The notes beneath the pieces were generated by a model. It did no database searches. It was given only the letters and a program-made list of their open reading frames with translations, and was not told the origin of the DNA. From NCBI GenBank assembly GCA_950097015.1, contig CATNEN010000002.1, positions 4,650,001-4,714,000 of the forward strand: a stretch of 64,000 bases of DNA. The letters are read 5' to 3'. Each line of letters opens with the position of its first letter. Position 1 is the first letter of the stretch. The stretch comes from Macrostomum hystrix (lineage: Eukaryota; Animalia; Platyhelminthes). Below are positions 35,966 to 47,323 of the stretch, piece after piece. Both the position numbers and the translations under genes were made by a program.

Positions 35966-38900
35966 TCATGAGTTCATCTCGAGCCCAGATGAACCCACGA
36001 TTCCGACTGTCATGCCTTTTGCAAACTGGGGATTCGGCAACACAGCGACTTCACTCACCAGTGCAGGGAACTCATCGCTCTGGTCCGGGAAGACGAACGG
36101 CTTCTGTCCTCCGGCCATCCAGCTCGAGATTGACTGGGTGCAAGCAGAGACGATGACTTGTTTGTCACCCAGGAGATGAATAACTCGACTCGGGTAATGC
36201 TGCCAGGAGTCCACACGTCCTCTGCACGTTGTCCGCACGGCGGCCAGCACCCAGCAGTTGAGGCTCAGTTCCGGTAGAGGCAGCGGCAATAGCGGCATGT
36301 AATGCACCTCCGGGATGTGCGCCAGCTTGATCGGCTGAACACCTTGCATGCACCCATCCGGCAGGACCTCGGTTGGACAAGTGCTTTCAGGCTGGTAGAT
36401 GTGAATCGGCCTGCTAAGAAAATATGCTAATGCAACGATAATTGGGTGATCGGCATATGTGCTGGGAAGCCTCATTTCTGTAAAGTAAGTTTCAAGCGGC
36501 TTATCGAGAAAATTAACGATACTCTCACCATTGGATGCGAGTACTAGGCCATGCTTCTCCAAGTAGTCGCAGGTGTCCAGCCGAAGCTGGACTGCATCAG
36601 CTTCAGTGCCCTCAGACCGCAGAATCTGCTGAATTGAGTCAAAAAAGCAATTGCCGGATGAATCAGCCTTATCAATTGAGCAATTCAGTGACTTCGCCTT
36701 CGCATCAAGCATGCGAAGTGCATCGTCGATACTGAGCGCGGCTGGGGTAGAAGCGGCTGCAGGCTGCTGCTCTGAGGCACTCGCGACTCGCATGGGCACT
36801 CGCCGTGGAACCGGAATCGGCTTCCTCTTTTGCAGCCGAGCAGCTTGCCGGGCACTCTTCAAGTTTAGGGCAGCTTGACGCTTCTGCGCTCTGGCTCTGA
36901 AAAAGGCTAGAATGGAGCGGCTTGTCAAGTTAGGATGTGGTATGTCCTGGTAGACGGATGTTTTCCTTCTTTTAGTAGGAATTGCAGGAGCCTGGCCATG
37001 CCGCTTCGTTGGAAACGCGATTTCCTGAGCAGTTGCCTTGCCAGCCGCTGACACGGATGACACCGGGCAGAATGCACCTGCTGGAAAACAGGAAATGATT
37101 CAATATATTTCATTGCGAAATGGCCAACAAGGCATTCAAAATTTAATGAATAGATTCTTTCGTCTTTATTTGACTTAGGTTAGTGCATTAAGCCGTAAGC
37201 AAAAAGGCTCATAAACCCCAAGAGTCATAAGCCCCAAGGCTCATAAACCCCAAGGCTCAATTAGACCAAATTGCTGAAAAATCCCGATAAATCAATAGAA
37301 TCAACTGACAGAGTTCATTTGATCGGTGAATGCACTTCACAACTTGAGAGTGAGTCAAAGGAGTAAATAAATAAAATATATCATAATTTTATAATTTCTT
37401 ACCTGGCTGCTCCTCGTCACTTGATGCCGCATTGACCGCCGGAATTGTTTCCTGTTCTTCATCCGCTGGCATTGGACTGCTCTCAACCAGGTTGCTGCAA
37501 CTGTCTGAGCTCTGCGGGTCAGAGGAGGGGTCGCCTTCAGAGCTGACGTGCTCGTCATTAGGCTGCTCGCAGCAGAAATTGCCAGTCAGTCGGAACAGCA
37601 GCTGCTGCAGTGTGCGATCTGCATCAGTCTGAGCCGGCTCGGTCTGCAGCCGTTCAAGGTAAGCAGCCCCCAGAACGTCCTCGAAGCAGCGCTCAACAGA
37701 GCCGGCGACCGTCTGGCACTTTCTTGAAATCTTGGAAATTTTCGCTTCTGGCTGGCTAGATTGGCTCCCGCCGATGCTGCAGGCAACGTCCTGGATCACG
37801 GGTGCAGGTGGAGGGTCCTGGCGCTTGCAGAGCTTGTCGTAGGCCAGAGCATCCGGATTCCGCGGATAGATGCCGCTCTTCCTGAAGCCAGCGCTGATGT
37901 TCTTAGGAGTCGCCCGCTCCATCAGGACCTCCCGCAGCATGCTGACGAAGCTCAATCTGCTGATCATGCTGCCAAATGCCACTTTCCGAGACCGGTCCGC
38001 CAGAAGCTCTCGCCAGCCAGCTTTCACCGAACGAAAGACGGCAAGATCAAGCGGCTGAAGGACATGCGTGGCATTCGGAACGAGGCCGTAGAGCACGACC
38101 TTCTGTTGCCGCAGGTAGTCAAGAACCTCTAGGGAGAATCTAGAGTCATGCAGATCTGTGAAAAGGACAACTGGGCGACGGGTATTGTGTTGTTCCAAGA
38201 ATGGAACAAATGTTTCCTTTGCGAAAGCCTCAAATGCATTGGCTGTCATCCAACCATTGGGTGAAAATGCATAGTGGTAATCACTTGGATAGGCACCCAT
38301 TTGCTGTTGCTTTTTTCCTGGAAACAGAAAGCGTGGCGGTAAAATTGCACCAGCGCATTGCACGGTAATTAAAACGGTCGTGTGCTTGCGATCACTGCCG
38401 TGAACCTTCTGCACAACATTCACCATGCCCTTCTCAGCTAAAACTGAGTGGGATTTCATTGCCTGTGGCACTGAAATTTCGTCGCAGTTGAACATGCGGG
38501 CCGGGTCCTGCAGAGCTCCATCGAGAAGGCTGTCGCTCTCGAAGTCCGATAGCTCTGTGAACCAGTTGCGGATCCGCCCTTCGGTGACAAGCGTCCGGGC
38601 TGGATTGACAGCCTGGGGTGTCCGGCGAGAAATGTCCGGGTGCCGCTCCAGGAAGCGATTTATCCAGCCATCGGACAAACCAGACTGCTTGAGCTAAGAG
38701 AAAATAAGATTAATGCAGCGAAAAGTTATTTAAAAGTTGAAATGCACAAGATTTAATTCTCAGGGATGGAGAGATGAAGGGATGGAGAGATGAAGGGATG
38801 GAGAGATGAAGGGATGGAGAGATGAAGGGATGGAGAGATGAAGGGATGGAGAGATGAAGGGATGGATATATGAAAAGATGAGGAAATTTCTTATGCTCAT

Positions 38901-39915
38901 CCTTAGGCCTATTTGTTTATAGGGGATATCTCAAAAGTCTGTCTACAAAACTTATTAACATTTTCATCATAATACGATCTCATACTATAATGATGGCCCT
39001 CTGATTATATTTCGGTGGGACTGCCATGCACCATACTGGGGCACCGTGAAAGCGGAACAGTGTGAAGGTTTCCAGGGCGCTGTCTCTAGGGCGAAGCCAG
39101 ATGTAAGTGAAATATAAATATATATAAATATAAAAAATATTTATATAAAAAATATAAATATAAATATTGGGGAAGAAGAGAAACAAGCAACGAAGGAAAA
39201 AGCGGGTGAAGAGAACCTGGAGGGGAAGGGGATGAAGAGAACCTGGAGGGGAAGCGGTGAAGAGAACCTAGAGGGGAAGGGGATGAAGAGAACCTGGAGG
39301 GGAAGCGGTGAAGAGAACCTGGAGGGGAAGGGGATGAAGAGAACCTGGAGGGGAAGCGGTGAAGGGAACCTGGAGGAGAAGCGGTGAAGAGAACCTGGAG
39401 GGGAAGCGGTGAAGTGAACCTGGAGGGGAAGCGGTGAAGAGAACCTGGAGGGGAAGGGGATGAAGACGCTTCTTTTCCGGAACAAAAAATGAAGATGTGG
39501 GTCCTAAACGCATTCGATAGAAATTTGAACATTTTTGGCCTGTTCCCTATACCTTGGTTGCAGGTAGCAGGCCGCTGCGGTCCTCGCTCGCTTCGCTGAG
39601 CTTCACGACTGCTTGGGTCGCCTGTTGCTGCAGCTGCTTCCGAGTGATAGGAATTTGCTGCCGGGCAGCTTGCTTTATTGACTCGCTGAGCAGCTGCTCT
39701 TCAGCTTGGGTGAAGTACCGCTTGCATGTGTTCTTATTGCGCGGCCTCTGCCCATTCAGTACCTTGCGGACTCTGTCATAAAGTGTAGTGGTGGGTACAG
39801 AATATTGATTAGCAGCATCTCGATAATTTATTGATTTCCCACTTCGGATTTGTGCTATTGATGTGGAGTGTGCTGCGGGAATCGAGTGGGAATGTGAGCC
39901 AGCAGAATTTTTCAA
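35966..39915 (-). CDS. Pogo/CENP-B-family DDE transposase (HTH_psq + CENP-B HTH + DDE_1, DD35D) spliced in frame to an OTU-like cysteine protease and a Tudor-like C-terminus; exons 39553-~39900 (5' end unresolved), 37403-38693, 35966-37077
   Basis: AANQYSVPTTTLYDRV (psq); SDGWINRFLERHP (CENP-B HTH); FNCDE, LFTDLH and QPLD with 35 residues between the 2nd and 3rd Asp. Donor CCAG|GTAAGA (37403) and acceptor TTTTCCAGCAG|GT (37077) are in phase. OTU motifs SGNCFFDSI, YADHPIIVALA, EVHYMPL. Confidence 0.8.
38762..38880. repeat. 16-bp minisatellite (GGGATGGAGAGATGAA) in the transposase intron
   Basis: About 7 tandem units. Confidence 0.92.
39205..39465. repeat. 25-bp minisatellite (GAAGAGAACCTGGAGGGGAAGCGGT) in the transposase intron
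   Basis: About 10 tandem units. Confidence 0.92.
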
Positions 39916-40199
39916 TTTTTTTAGTATCTAATAATCGCGACCCACATAGCAGCTGGCCACAAACAAGATCATTAATCTTAGGGCCGGGTTTGGGGCGGCG
40001 GTGAATTAAGTAGCCGTCGAATCCCTTTTCCCTGGATCTGTCTAGACCCCTGTAGGAATGACTGATCGCGGCCATAACTTTTATTGTATGAGTAGTTTAG
40101 GTCATAATTCCCCTCCAAACCGCGATCAGATATCGGGAATCACTCGGGCGTTATGAGTGATCATTAATTCTTCATGTCCCCACTTCTTTACAGTATTCG

Positions 40200-40660
40200 A
40201 GCCTAGCTCGACTTTATGACCTTCCTCCTTTTAGATACATGTAAATGTCACTGTAGGCAGGTCGGCGCCTGCGCTTCCCATTGTCCCGGCGGAGTAACAA
40301 CCATTGGCCGACTGCCGACGGCTGTTCGCGCAGAACATCTGTCGTTTCCCGCCGTCGGTTCATTGGGTAATCGGGGCGGCCCATCGCCGCTCGATTCCCC
40401 GTTGACAGGCTGGCGCGAATGCGGGCTGCTTTGATGGATGTCGGGGTTGGCGTGCTGCAAGACTATTTAAGCAAGCGCTCCGCGCTGCTCCCTCTAGGAC
40501 CCCTCTTCCTTCGGGAAACTCACCTTCATCTCCCCCGCCGGATTCACCTTTGCCGGGCCGGACTCCCACCGGACCCAGGACTTATACTCCGGACCCAATT
40601 CTCCACATAGGGCTTAGACCCTAGAGCTATAAGCTCAGATCAGCGCTCACAGGCCCATTG
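40200..40660 (+). pseudogene. Probable degenerate tyrosine-recombinase fragment (DIRS/Ngaro/Crypton type)
   Basis: One frame reads VGVLQDYLSKRSALLPLGPLFL ... LILRTQFST*GLDPRAISS, resembling the CPVxxLxxYLxxR...PLF and L...GxDP motifs of YR elements. Contains stops. Confidence 0.4.
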
Positions 40661-41931
40661 CCTGTTTCCCTCCCCCTCGTAGCGACAGCCACCTCTTTAG
40701 GTGAGCCTTCTAATTGAGCCTTTGAGCTCCTGGTGCGTTGGCCCCTGCCAGCATCGCAATAAGCTTATCCCTTCTCTGCCTTGCTATCTTTGCCCTACCT
40801 CTCCCCGAGAACTACGGGATTGCAGCACGCGGCCGATCGACATCCGGATAAGTAACCCGCGCAGCGGTCTTTAATTGCTAATCCTAAGGGACCCTTTATT
40901 AAGCTAGGCGGCACTTTAGTGGGCAAGGGGGTAGGACTCTTGGCTTAATAAACATTACAATTCTAGCCACTAATTACTTTAGGCCAATTTAAAAACAATC
41001 TAAATCCTCTCATCCTGCGTCCGCCTCTGTTTTATTTATCTGTTAGACAGCCCTCAGAGATGAGTGGCTAATCTCCTAGGGGGTGGGCTCTGGTGATGCC
41101 GAGCCGAAGGCTGTGGCAGGAAGACAACTGTACGCGCGCATAAGAGTAATAAGGAGCTAGGGATTCGCGAGTAAAATGCGGAACGTAGCGTGTGCATTGC
41201 TGCCTAGTGGCGGGGGATTCCTTGGCCGGCTTTCCTCGCTCACTGGCGGATTCCAGTGTACGCGTCAAATTCCTTTGCCAATTGAGTTCTCCTACTATTC
41301 CCCGCCTCTCGTAACCGCGGCCATGGGAGCGAGAGGTGTGACCTAATAATCATCGCTTGCGTAATCACTTAGCCAGTGTTCTGCTTAATCTCTCCAGCCT
41401 CTGATTTCCTCATCTCACACAGATTCGGATTTGTTAGTTACTTAATGTGTAGGCTGCAGTCTAATGTAAAGAATGTGTTTGATGTTTCATGAGTAGGATT
41501 CCGGCTATGGATTTTCATTCGAGTTCTGAGTACCACCTTTCTAGACCCCTGTAGCGCGAATTCAGGAATCCCCTTTTGAGGCGTGTCTCGATCCATTCTG
41601 GGGCTCTCACCCCAGTCTAAAACGGAAGTTGCAGAATGCCCTATTTTCCGGCTTGTCTAGATCTGCGTGATAAACTAGGAGCTGTGTACTCCGGGGACCC
41701 AAGTTCCCAAATGCCTGCGGTGGCAACGTAGGCGCATTGGGTGGTGGCGCTACCCGAGATCATCTATCCGCTTTGCCGATAGCCTTTCCGCAGTTCTGTG
41801 ACAAGAGCCTAGGCCGATTCGACCACCGCTACCAAGGTTAGGAGTCAGTTGCGCACGTACTACTGACGACAGTAGGCTGTCTAGCCCTGTCCTGTCCGAT
41901 TCCGGATAGTCCGAAGCCTCTCTCTCTAGAC

Positions 41932-42893
41932 CAGGGGTACGCAAACTCCGGCCCGCGGGCCAGATGCGGCCCTCGAAGCTTCCAAATCCGGCCCGTTGCA
42001 CCTTCTGACATCTACAGTGTCCTGTTTCATCTCACTCGTGTCTAATCTCTCCCGTGTCTAATCTCTCCCGTGTCTCATCTCTCCCGTGTCTCATCTCTCC
42101 CGTGTCTCATCTCTCCCGTGTCTCATCTCTCCCGTGTCTCATCTCTCCCGTGTCTCATCTCTCCCGTGTCTCATCTCTCCCGTGTCTCATCTCTCCCGTG
42201 TCTCATCTCTCCCGTGTCTCATCTCTCCCGTGTCTCATCTCTCCCGTGTCTCATCTCTCCCGTGTCTCATCTCTCCCGTGTCTCATCTCTCCCGTGTCTC
42301 ATCTCTCCCGTGTCTCATCTCTCCCGTGTCTCATCTCTCCCGTGTCTCATCTCTCCCGTGTCTCATCTCTCCCGTGTCTCATCTCTCCCGTGTCTCATCT
42401 CTCCCGTGTCTCATCTCTCCCGTGTCTCATCTCTCCCGTGTCTCATCTCTCCCGTGTCTCATCTCTCCCGTGTCTAATCTCTCCTGTTTCTCATCTCTCC
42501 CGTGTCTAATATCTCCTGTTTCTCATCTCTCCCGTGTCTAATATCTCCTGTTTCTCATCTCTCCCGGGTCTAATCTCTCCCCTGTCTTATCTCTCCCGTG
42601 TCTCATCTCTCTCGTGTATCATCTTTCTGTGTCTCATCTCTCCCGTGTCTCATCTCTCCCGTGTCTCATCTCTCCCGTGTCTCATCTCTCCCGTGTCTCA
42701 TCTCCCCAGTGTCTCATCTCTCCCGTGTCTCATCTCTCCCGTGTCTAATATCTCCTGTTTCTCATCTCTCCCGTGTCTCATCTCTCCCGTGTCTCATCTC
42801 TCCTCTATCTCATATTTATACAGTCAATGCGGCCCGCTGTCGTCTTTTAGGTTCTCTCTTTGGCCCGCCAGTAAATAAGTTTGCCTACCCCTG
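41932..42893. mobile_element. hAT (Charlie-like) MITE carrying an internal 16-bp tandem array
   Basis: TIRs CAGGGGTACGCAAACT / AGTTTGCCTACCCCTG; perfect 8-bp TSD CTCTAGAC at 41924-41931 and 42894-42901; subterminal GGCCCG motifs. Confidence 0.92.
42035..42810. repeat. 16-bp minisatellite (TCTCATCTCTCCCGTG)
   Basis: Exact tandem units; related units at 43410-43465 and, inverted, at ~29185-29265. Confidence 0.97.
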
Positions 42894-44415
42894 CTCTAGA
42901 CTTTTAGCCGGTTTCGAGCATTGCTTGGGGTAGGCACGGCAGTCATGCCTGTGGCCTATGGGACGAGTGGGACTGGCCAGCCTGAGGCCGATAGGACCAC
43001 TCCCTGCATCTACTGAACCTCCTCATCTCTCCCTTCATCTCCTCTCTCTCTCCGCGACATCTCGCGAGTTGCTAGGCGGATATTTAATCGACTATGTCGC
43101 CCGCCTCTAGCAATCATCTCTCATGAGGGCAGGTCAGCGGTTGCAAAACACCCAAACCATGTCAGGATGATCTTCTCCATGACTAACCATTTCAATTCAT
43201 GTAAACCCTTAACAGAAATGATAATTAAAACGTTTCATTTGATGGCCATCATATGAAAGAACATTAAAAGCCATTGGACCCGTAAGTACGAGTAACATTT
43301 TGATAGAAAAGCGCAAACTATAAATAATTGTAAAGTCTGACATTACAGCTTCGTGAAAATTAATCAGCCAATTAGTCAACATGGTATTTATACTGTCAAT
43401 GCGGCCCGCTGTCGTCTCATCTCTCCCGTGTCTCATCTCTCCCGTGTCTCATCTCTCCCGTGTCTCGTCTCATGAACTTACTGAGTACGTCAACTTCGAG
43501 AAAAGCGTACTTCATATAGTTTCCAATGCTGCACCGAAAATAGCCTTTATTGTTACCGTTGCAGCTTCTCACAGTAAGCACAGAGCCGTTTGCGTTGTCC
43601 TCAATCATAACATCGCTCTGCGTGGTCAGGTTGATGTAACTTTCAGGTGATGTCGTGTTGCTGGCGCGGAAATGCCACTGTACGCTGTCAGTGTTACTGC
43701 GCTTACTGCACCTGAGCTCAACTCTGCTCAGCTTTGAAACCCAGATCGGAACAGCTGCGACATCCACTGGCGGGGACCTCATTTCAACTAAATAGAAAAA
43801 CTGTACGTGTTTGTAGTACTATATAGAGTTTACTCAAACGGAAAAAAAATTACATAATAAAATACTCACGGGAGTAGAGTTTAGTCATTCGGCCCTCTAT
43901 TAGTAGCTTAGTGGGGCCTTTCAAGACGCCAAAAGCTTCGTATGAGATCAAATTATTCTCTTTGTCGGCGCACTTATAGTACGTGTAGCCGCCATCGTGG
44001 TCCTTGCTTAGCTGAGTAGTTGACAACATTAACTGCCTGCTCCTCTGCCCTTCAATCTCCTCAAACCTGATCGATGCCTCCCTGTACTTATACCACCGAA
44101 GAGACTCCACCGTCAACGTCAGCGTGCAGGTCAGAGAGATATCGTCTTTGGGAGCAACAAAAATCTTCATTGAACTGTTCTCAGGCGGCACTGGTTGGGA
44201 AAAATTATCACCAGCTTTAAAAAAGTTATCATGGACTCGTGGACTGAACATACTTATCGTGAAAATTGTACTTTTTGTTTTTTTTCTGTACTGTTGCTCC
44301 TGTTTATTGCCAGTTGCAATTCATTATAGATTTTCCGACCCTGTTCGCGCTATCCTCCTACAGTCAGGCCCTAAGTTCTTGATTCTTTTCATTATTGATC
44401 TATCGATATTATCGA

Positions 44416-44705
44416 TTAACAACAACAACAACAACAACAACAAAATACGCAAGCCCAAACGTCAGGGGGGCGGCGTCAAATGATGCGCCGCAGAGCCAGC
44501 GCGCGAACATGGTCCGCGCCGGAGGCAGTGTCGGGCGCCCTGGCGTCGCTCAGCAGGCAGTCGACGGGTCCGAGCCTGGCCGCGCCTGAACGGGCCCTGC
44601 AGGGTGAGCAGAAGGACGTCCTGGGCGGGCTGGCGGCAGTAGCTTTCGGCCCGAATGACGTGGCCCGCTAGTCGAAGTCGTCGCTGGCGCAGGCGCTGGC
44701 GCTAA
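44416..44705 (-). mobile_element. 5'-truncated RTE-clade non-LTR retrotransposon (3' end) with a (TTG)n tail
   Basis: Minus strand translates RQRRLRLAGHVIRAESYCRQPAQDVLLLTLQGPFRRGQARTR, the typical RTE C-terminal RRLRxxGHV...G.R.RG motif, ending in TTG repeats. Confidence 0.8.
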
Positions 44706-44709
44706 TAAC

Positions 44710-45050
44710 AGAGAAATTATCGATTATTAGAGCGTTTGCCTCTCTCACCAAAGTCCCTGAACTCGATTCTGCAGATTATGAGAGGCCATATTGATTTGGG
44801 GCGCAGCAGTGAAAAAGGTATTGGTGACTGGTCTTGTAATTTACGGCCTTAAGGGGCCAACCTTCAAGGGCACAGTGAAATTTACACTGCCTGACGATGA
44901 GAAAGTCAGAGCAGGTGTATGCACCTGTGTGAGCGCGTGCCTGCGCTCAATCTGTGTGCGAGTGAGCTCAGGAGTCGGCGAAATGGACAGAATTGCCTCC
45001 TCGCTGGCAGTGGAATTAGAGTCACCAAATGATGTGCCGACCATTACCGG
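44710..45050 (+). mobile_element. SINE family B copy
   Basis: GCGTTTGCCTCTCACC head; ACACTGCCTGACGATGAGAAAGTCAG and AGAATTGCCTCCTCGCTGGC core. Confidence 0.8.
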
Positions 45051-47323
45051 CATAAGTATTTTTGTTCAGTCAACTCCTCGGTCTTGAAATTAGTTAAGTA
45101 CAAAACTACGAGTAATATGCAAGTATTTTAGAGCACTCCAGCTGTACTCACATTCGGTAAAAACGAACTGATGTACTCTATACTTATTATTAGTCAATGG
45201 AGGCTCCATCACACAGTAGAATGAGCCAAATCTTTTATCATCAGTGCTGATAGTCAGGGTTGCCTCAGTGCCAATCACGCTGCCATTCTTCAATCAGAAT
45301 TTGAACCGGCTCGGTGGAGACACTACACAGAGCGGCTGACTCCCACCCGTTACTGCCGTGTAGCGCCTCACGGACAGCACGTCCAGCTCCGCAGAGAATC
45401 GCTGGCCTACCGTCAAAGCTTGCGCGGCTGAATCAAAGGGCGCATAGCTAATCCGCAAGAAGAGCAGGTAGGCAACAGACATTGTTGGTTGAAACATGCT
45501 TTCTGTCCTGATATGCTGGTGAAGAAAGCCAGAACATTGTGTAAGAAGAAGGCACAGCTTTTTTGTAGAATGAAAAACTTCATTTTGTTTAAGTAAGACC
45601 GGAAAATGCGCCCTAGCTGTTAGTCCCAATTGACCCTAAATTGTTTATAAAAAAATCTACCCCTACTGAATAGGTAACTGATAAAGAATCTGATTTTCAA
45701 AATAAACGTTAATGGCAAGGTTGATGAACACTCATATAGCTCATTAATACCCAGCTTAATTGATCCGGTTGACCAGAAAGACGTGGCGATCTGTCACCGA
45801 GAATTGAATGCTTTTAGTCAAGATTTTCGAGACAGTTGAATTCCCGCTGCTATTAAACATACCAGCCTCGACTGGCCAGCCTCGAGTGCCACGACATACA
45901 GAGGCTGCGGGTGACCAGGTATGCTACTGCTATGGATTACTTAAGCATATACTAGCCTCCACTGCAGCAACTCATTCCAGAAAGCCTCCCCGAGTTTGAT
46001 GCATGACTGAAAGCAGTGTACGATATTAACGGCAATAAGACCAGGCTGTTTTATCCGGAGAACTTTATCGGAAAGTTTTATACTACGGAGCATTTCAAAT
46101 ACCCACTGCCTATAGTTCCCAAACCGAATGACAGATTATCGTGAAAGTCCACCACATGGATACAAAATTTCCTTCAGATTTGAGAGCCCAGCTGAGGCCA
46201 GCCTGGCTCAGATCTCTCAAAACGCCCACCCACCCCCGCTTCCCATTGTTCTGGTTCACTCAAGCGTGACGGGAGCTTAAGCTTTAAATTTCCTTTACAT
46301 TTGCGCAAACCCTTAGTAATTTTCCCCAACGCATTGTGAATTTATTGATCTCCCCAATGTAATCTTTAAGACAAGTATTTTCATAAGTTGTTTAGATAAT
46401 TATCAAGTAAATTCATAATTAATGCGCTGTTGCGAATGAATATGAACATCAGCCGCCCCATATCCCCCAAGCTTACTGTACAACGTCGGGCCAATCAAAG
46501 CGCGTGGCAGGGCTCGGTTGTAAGTTAATGTATAAATGTATAAATAATACACGTGGTGAGTGGTGAATAGGAATATTCGTGCAATCAAAGTTTTGGAATA
46601 AGTGTTTAAATTGTTGAATTGGGCAAATTCAGATCCATTTGGAAGCCTGAGTAGACTGGAAACCTCAGATCAGTGCGTATATAAATGGGAAAAAACAGTG
46701 GATTTACATGTGTTATAACTAGAGTGTCTTGCCCCTCGGACACTAGCTTGCTACCAATGAGACAATAAATGTGATATAAAATCTGAAGGGATAGAAGTAT
46801 AGAGCACATAAGTGACTCATGTATTCGTTTCGAACTAATTGTTTAGAATTGTTATAATAACCAGAAAGTTTGAATTCTAAGGAAACTGGAGCTCTTAGTG
46901 GAATTCAGAGAAAGCACTTCGATTGAAATTGAGATTGTGCATGAACGCCTGTCCACGCTGTTTCGTGCGATTCTGAAAATTAAAGAACGAGCCGTCTTGG
47001 TCAACTGAGGTTGAGCAAGACGCGCTGTTGTGCTATTGTAAGAATTGGTATGCGACACTTTTACTGGCAGCCGGAACTTCTCATTAATCTATTAATAGAC
47101 TTCTCATGCTGCTGTTTGTGACAGCTGCGCTTTGATGTCCACGGCGAAGCATCTGATCGGACTACTTAACTGTAAACAGTAAAAGTCTAGGAAAATGAAC
47201 AACTGCGTAGTCCATTTCGAGAATTTCGAATCCGAGTCCAGGGGTATGTGACCTATCAGCAATACGATTACGAGGGTACTTATTGCCTCAGCTAAGCAGC
47301 TGAGAAATAAAGGTAACTATTAA

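Larger units (their letters stand above)
43209..45427 (-). pseudogene. Multi-immunoglobulin-domain protein gene with an in-frame TGA; exons 45152-45427, 43870-44214, 43482-43787 and probably 43209-43336; upstream exons not resolved
   Basis: Three phase-1 exons, each one Ig fold: PLC..KF*LKNG..GSFYC; LTC..LRWYKY..YYKC; LRC..VQWHF..GYFRC. TGA at 45294-45296 sits at the conserved Trp. The last exon is hydrophobic. Confidence 0.7.

Noticed and set aside
41550-41900. DIRS-type RNase H remnant on the minus strand (WVPGVH..ADL)
   Set aside because: Only a short motif, interrupted by stops and on the opposite strand to the YR-like fragment; not supportable by eye.
42054-42933. Several SHLSRVSSLPCLISPV ORFs
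   Set aside because: Translations of the 16-bp array inside the hAT MITE.
45800-47150. Additional upstream Ig exons
   Set aside because: Some beta-strand-like translations, but I could not assemble the C-W-YxC pattern with matching splice phases.
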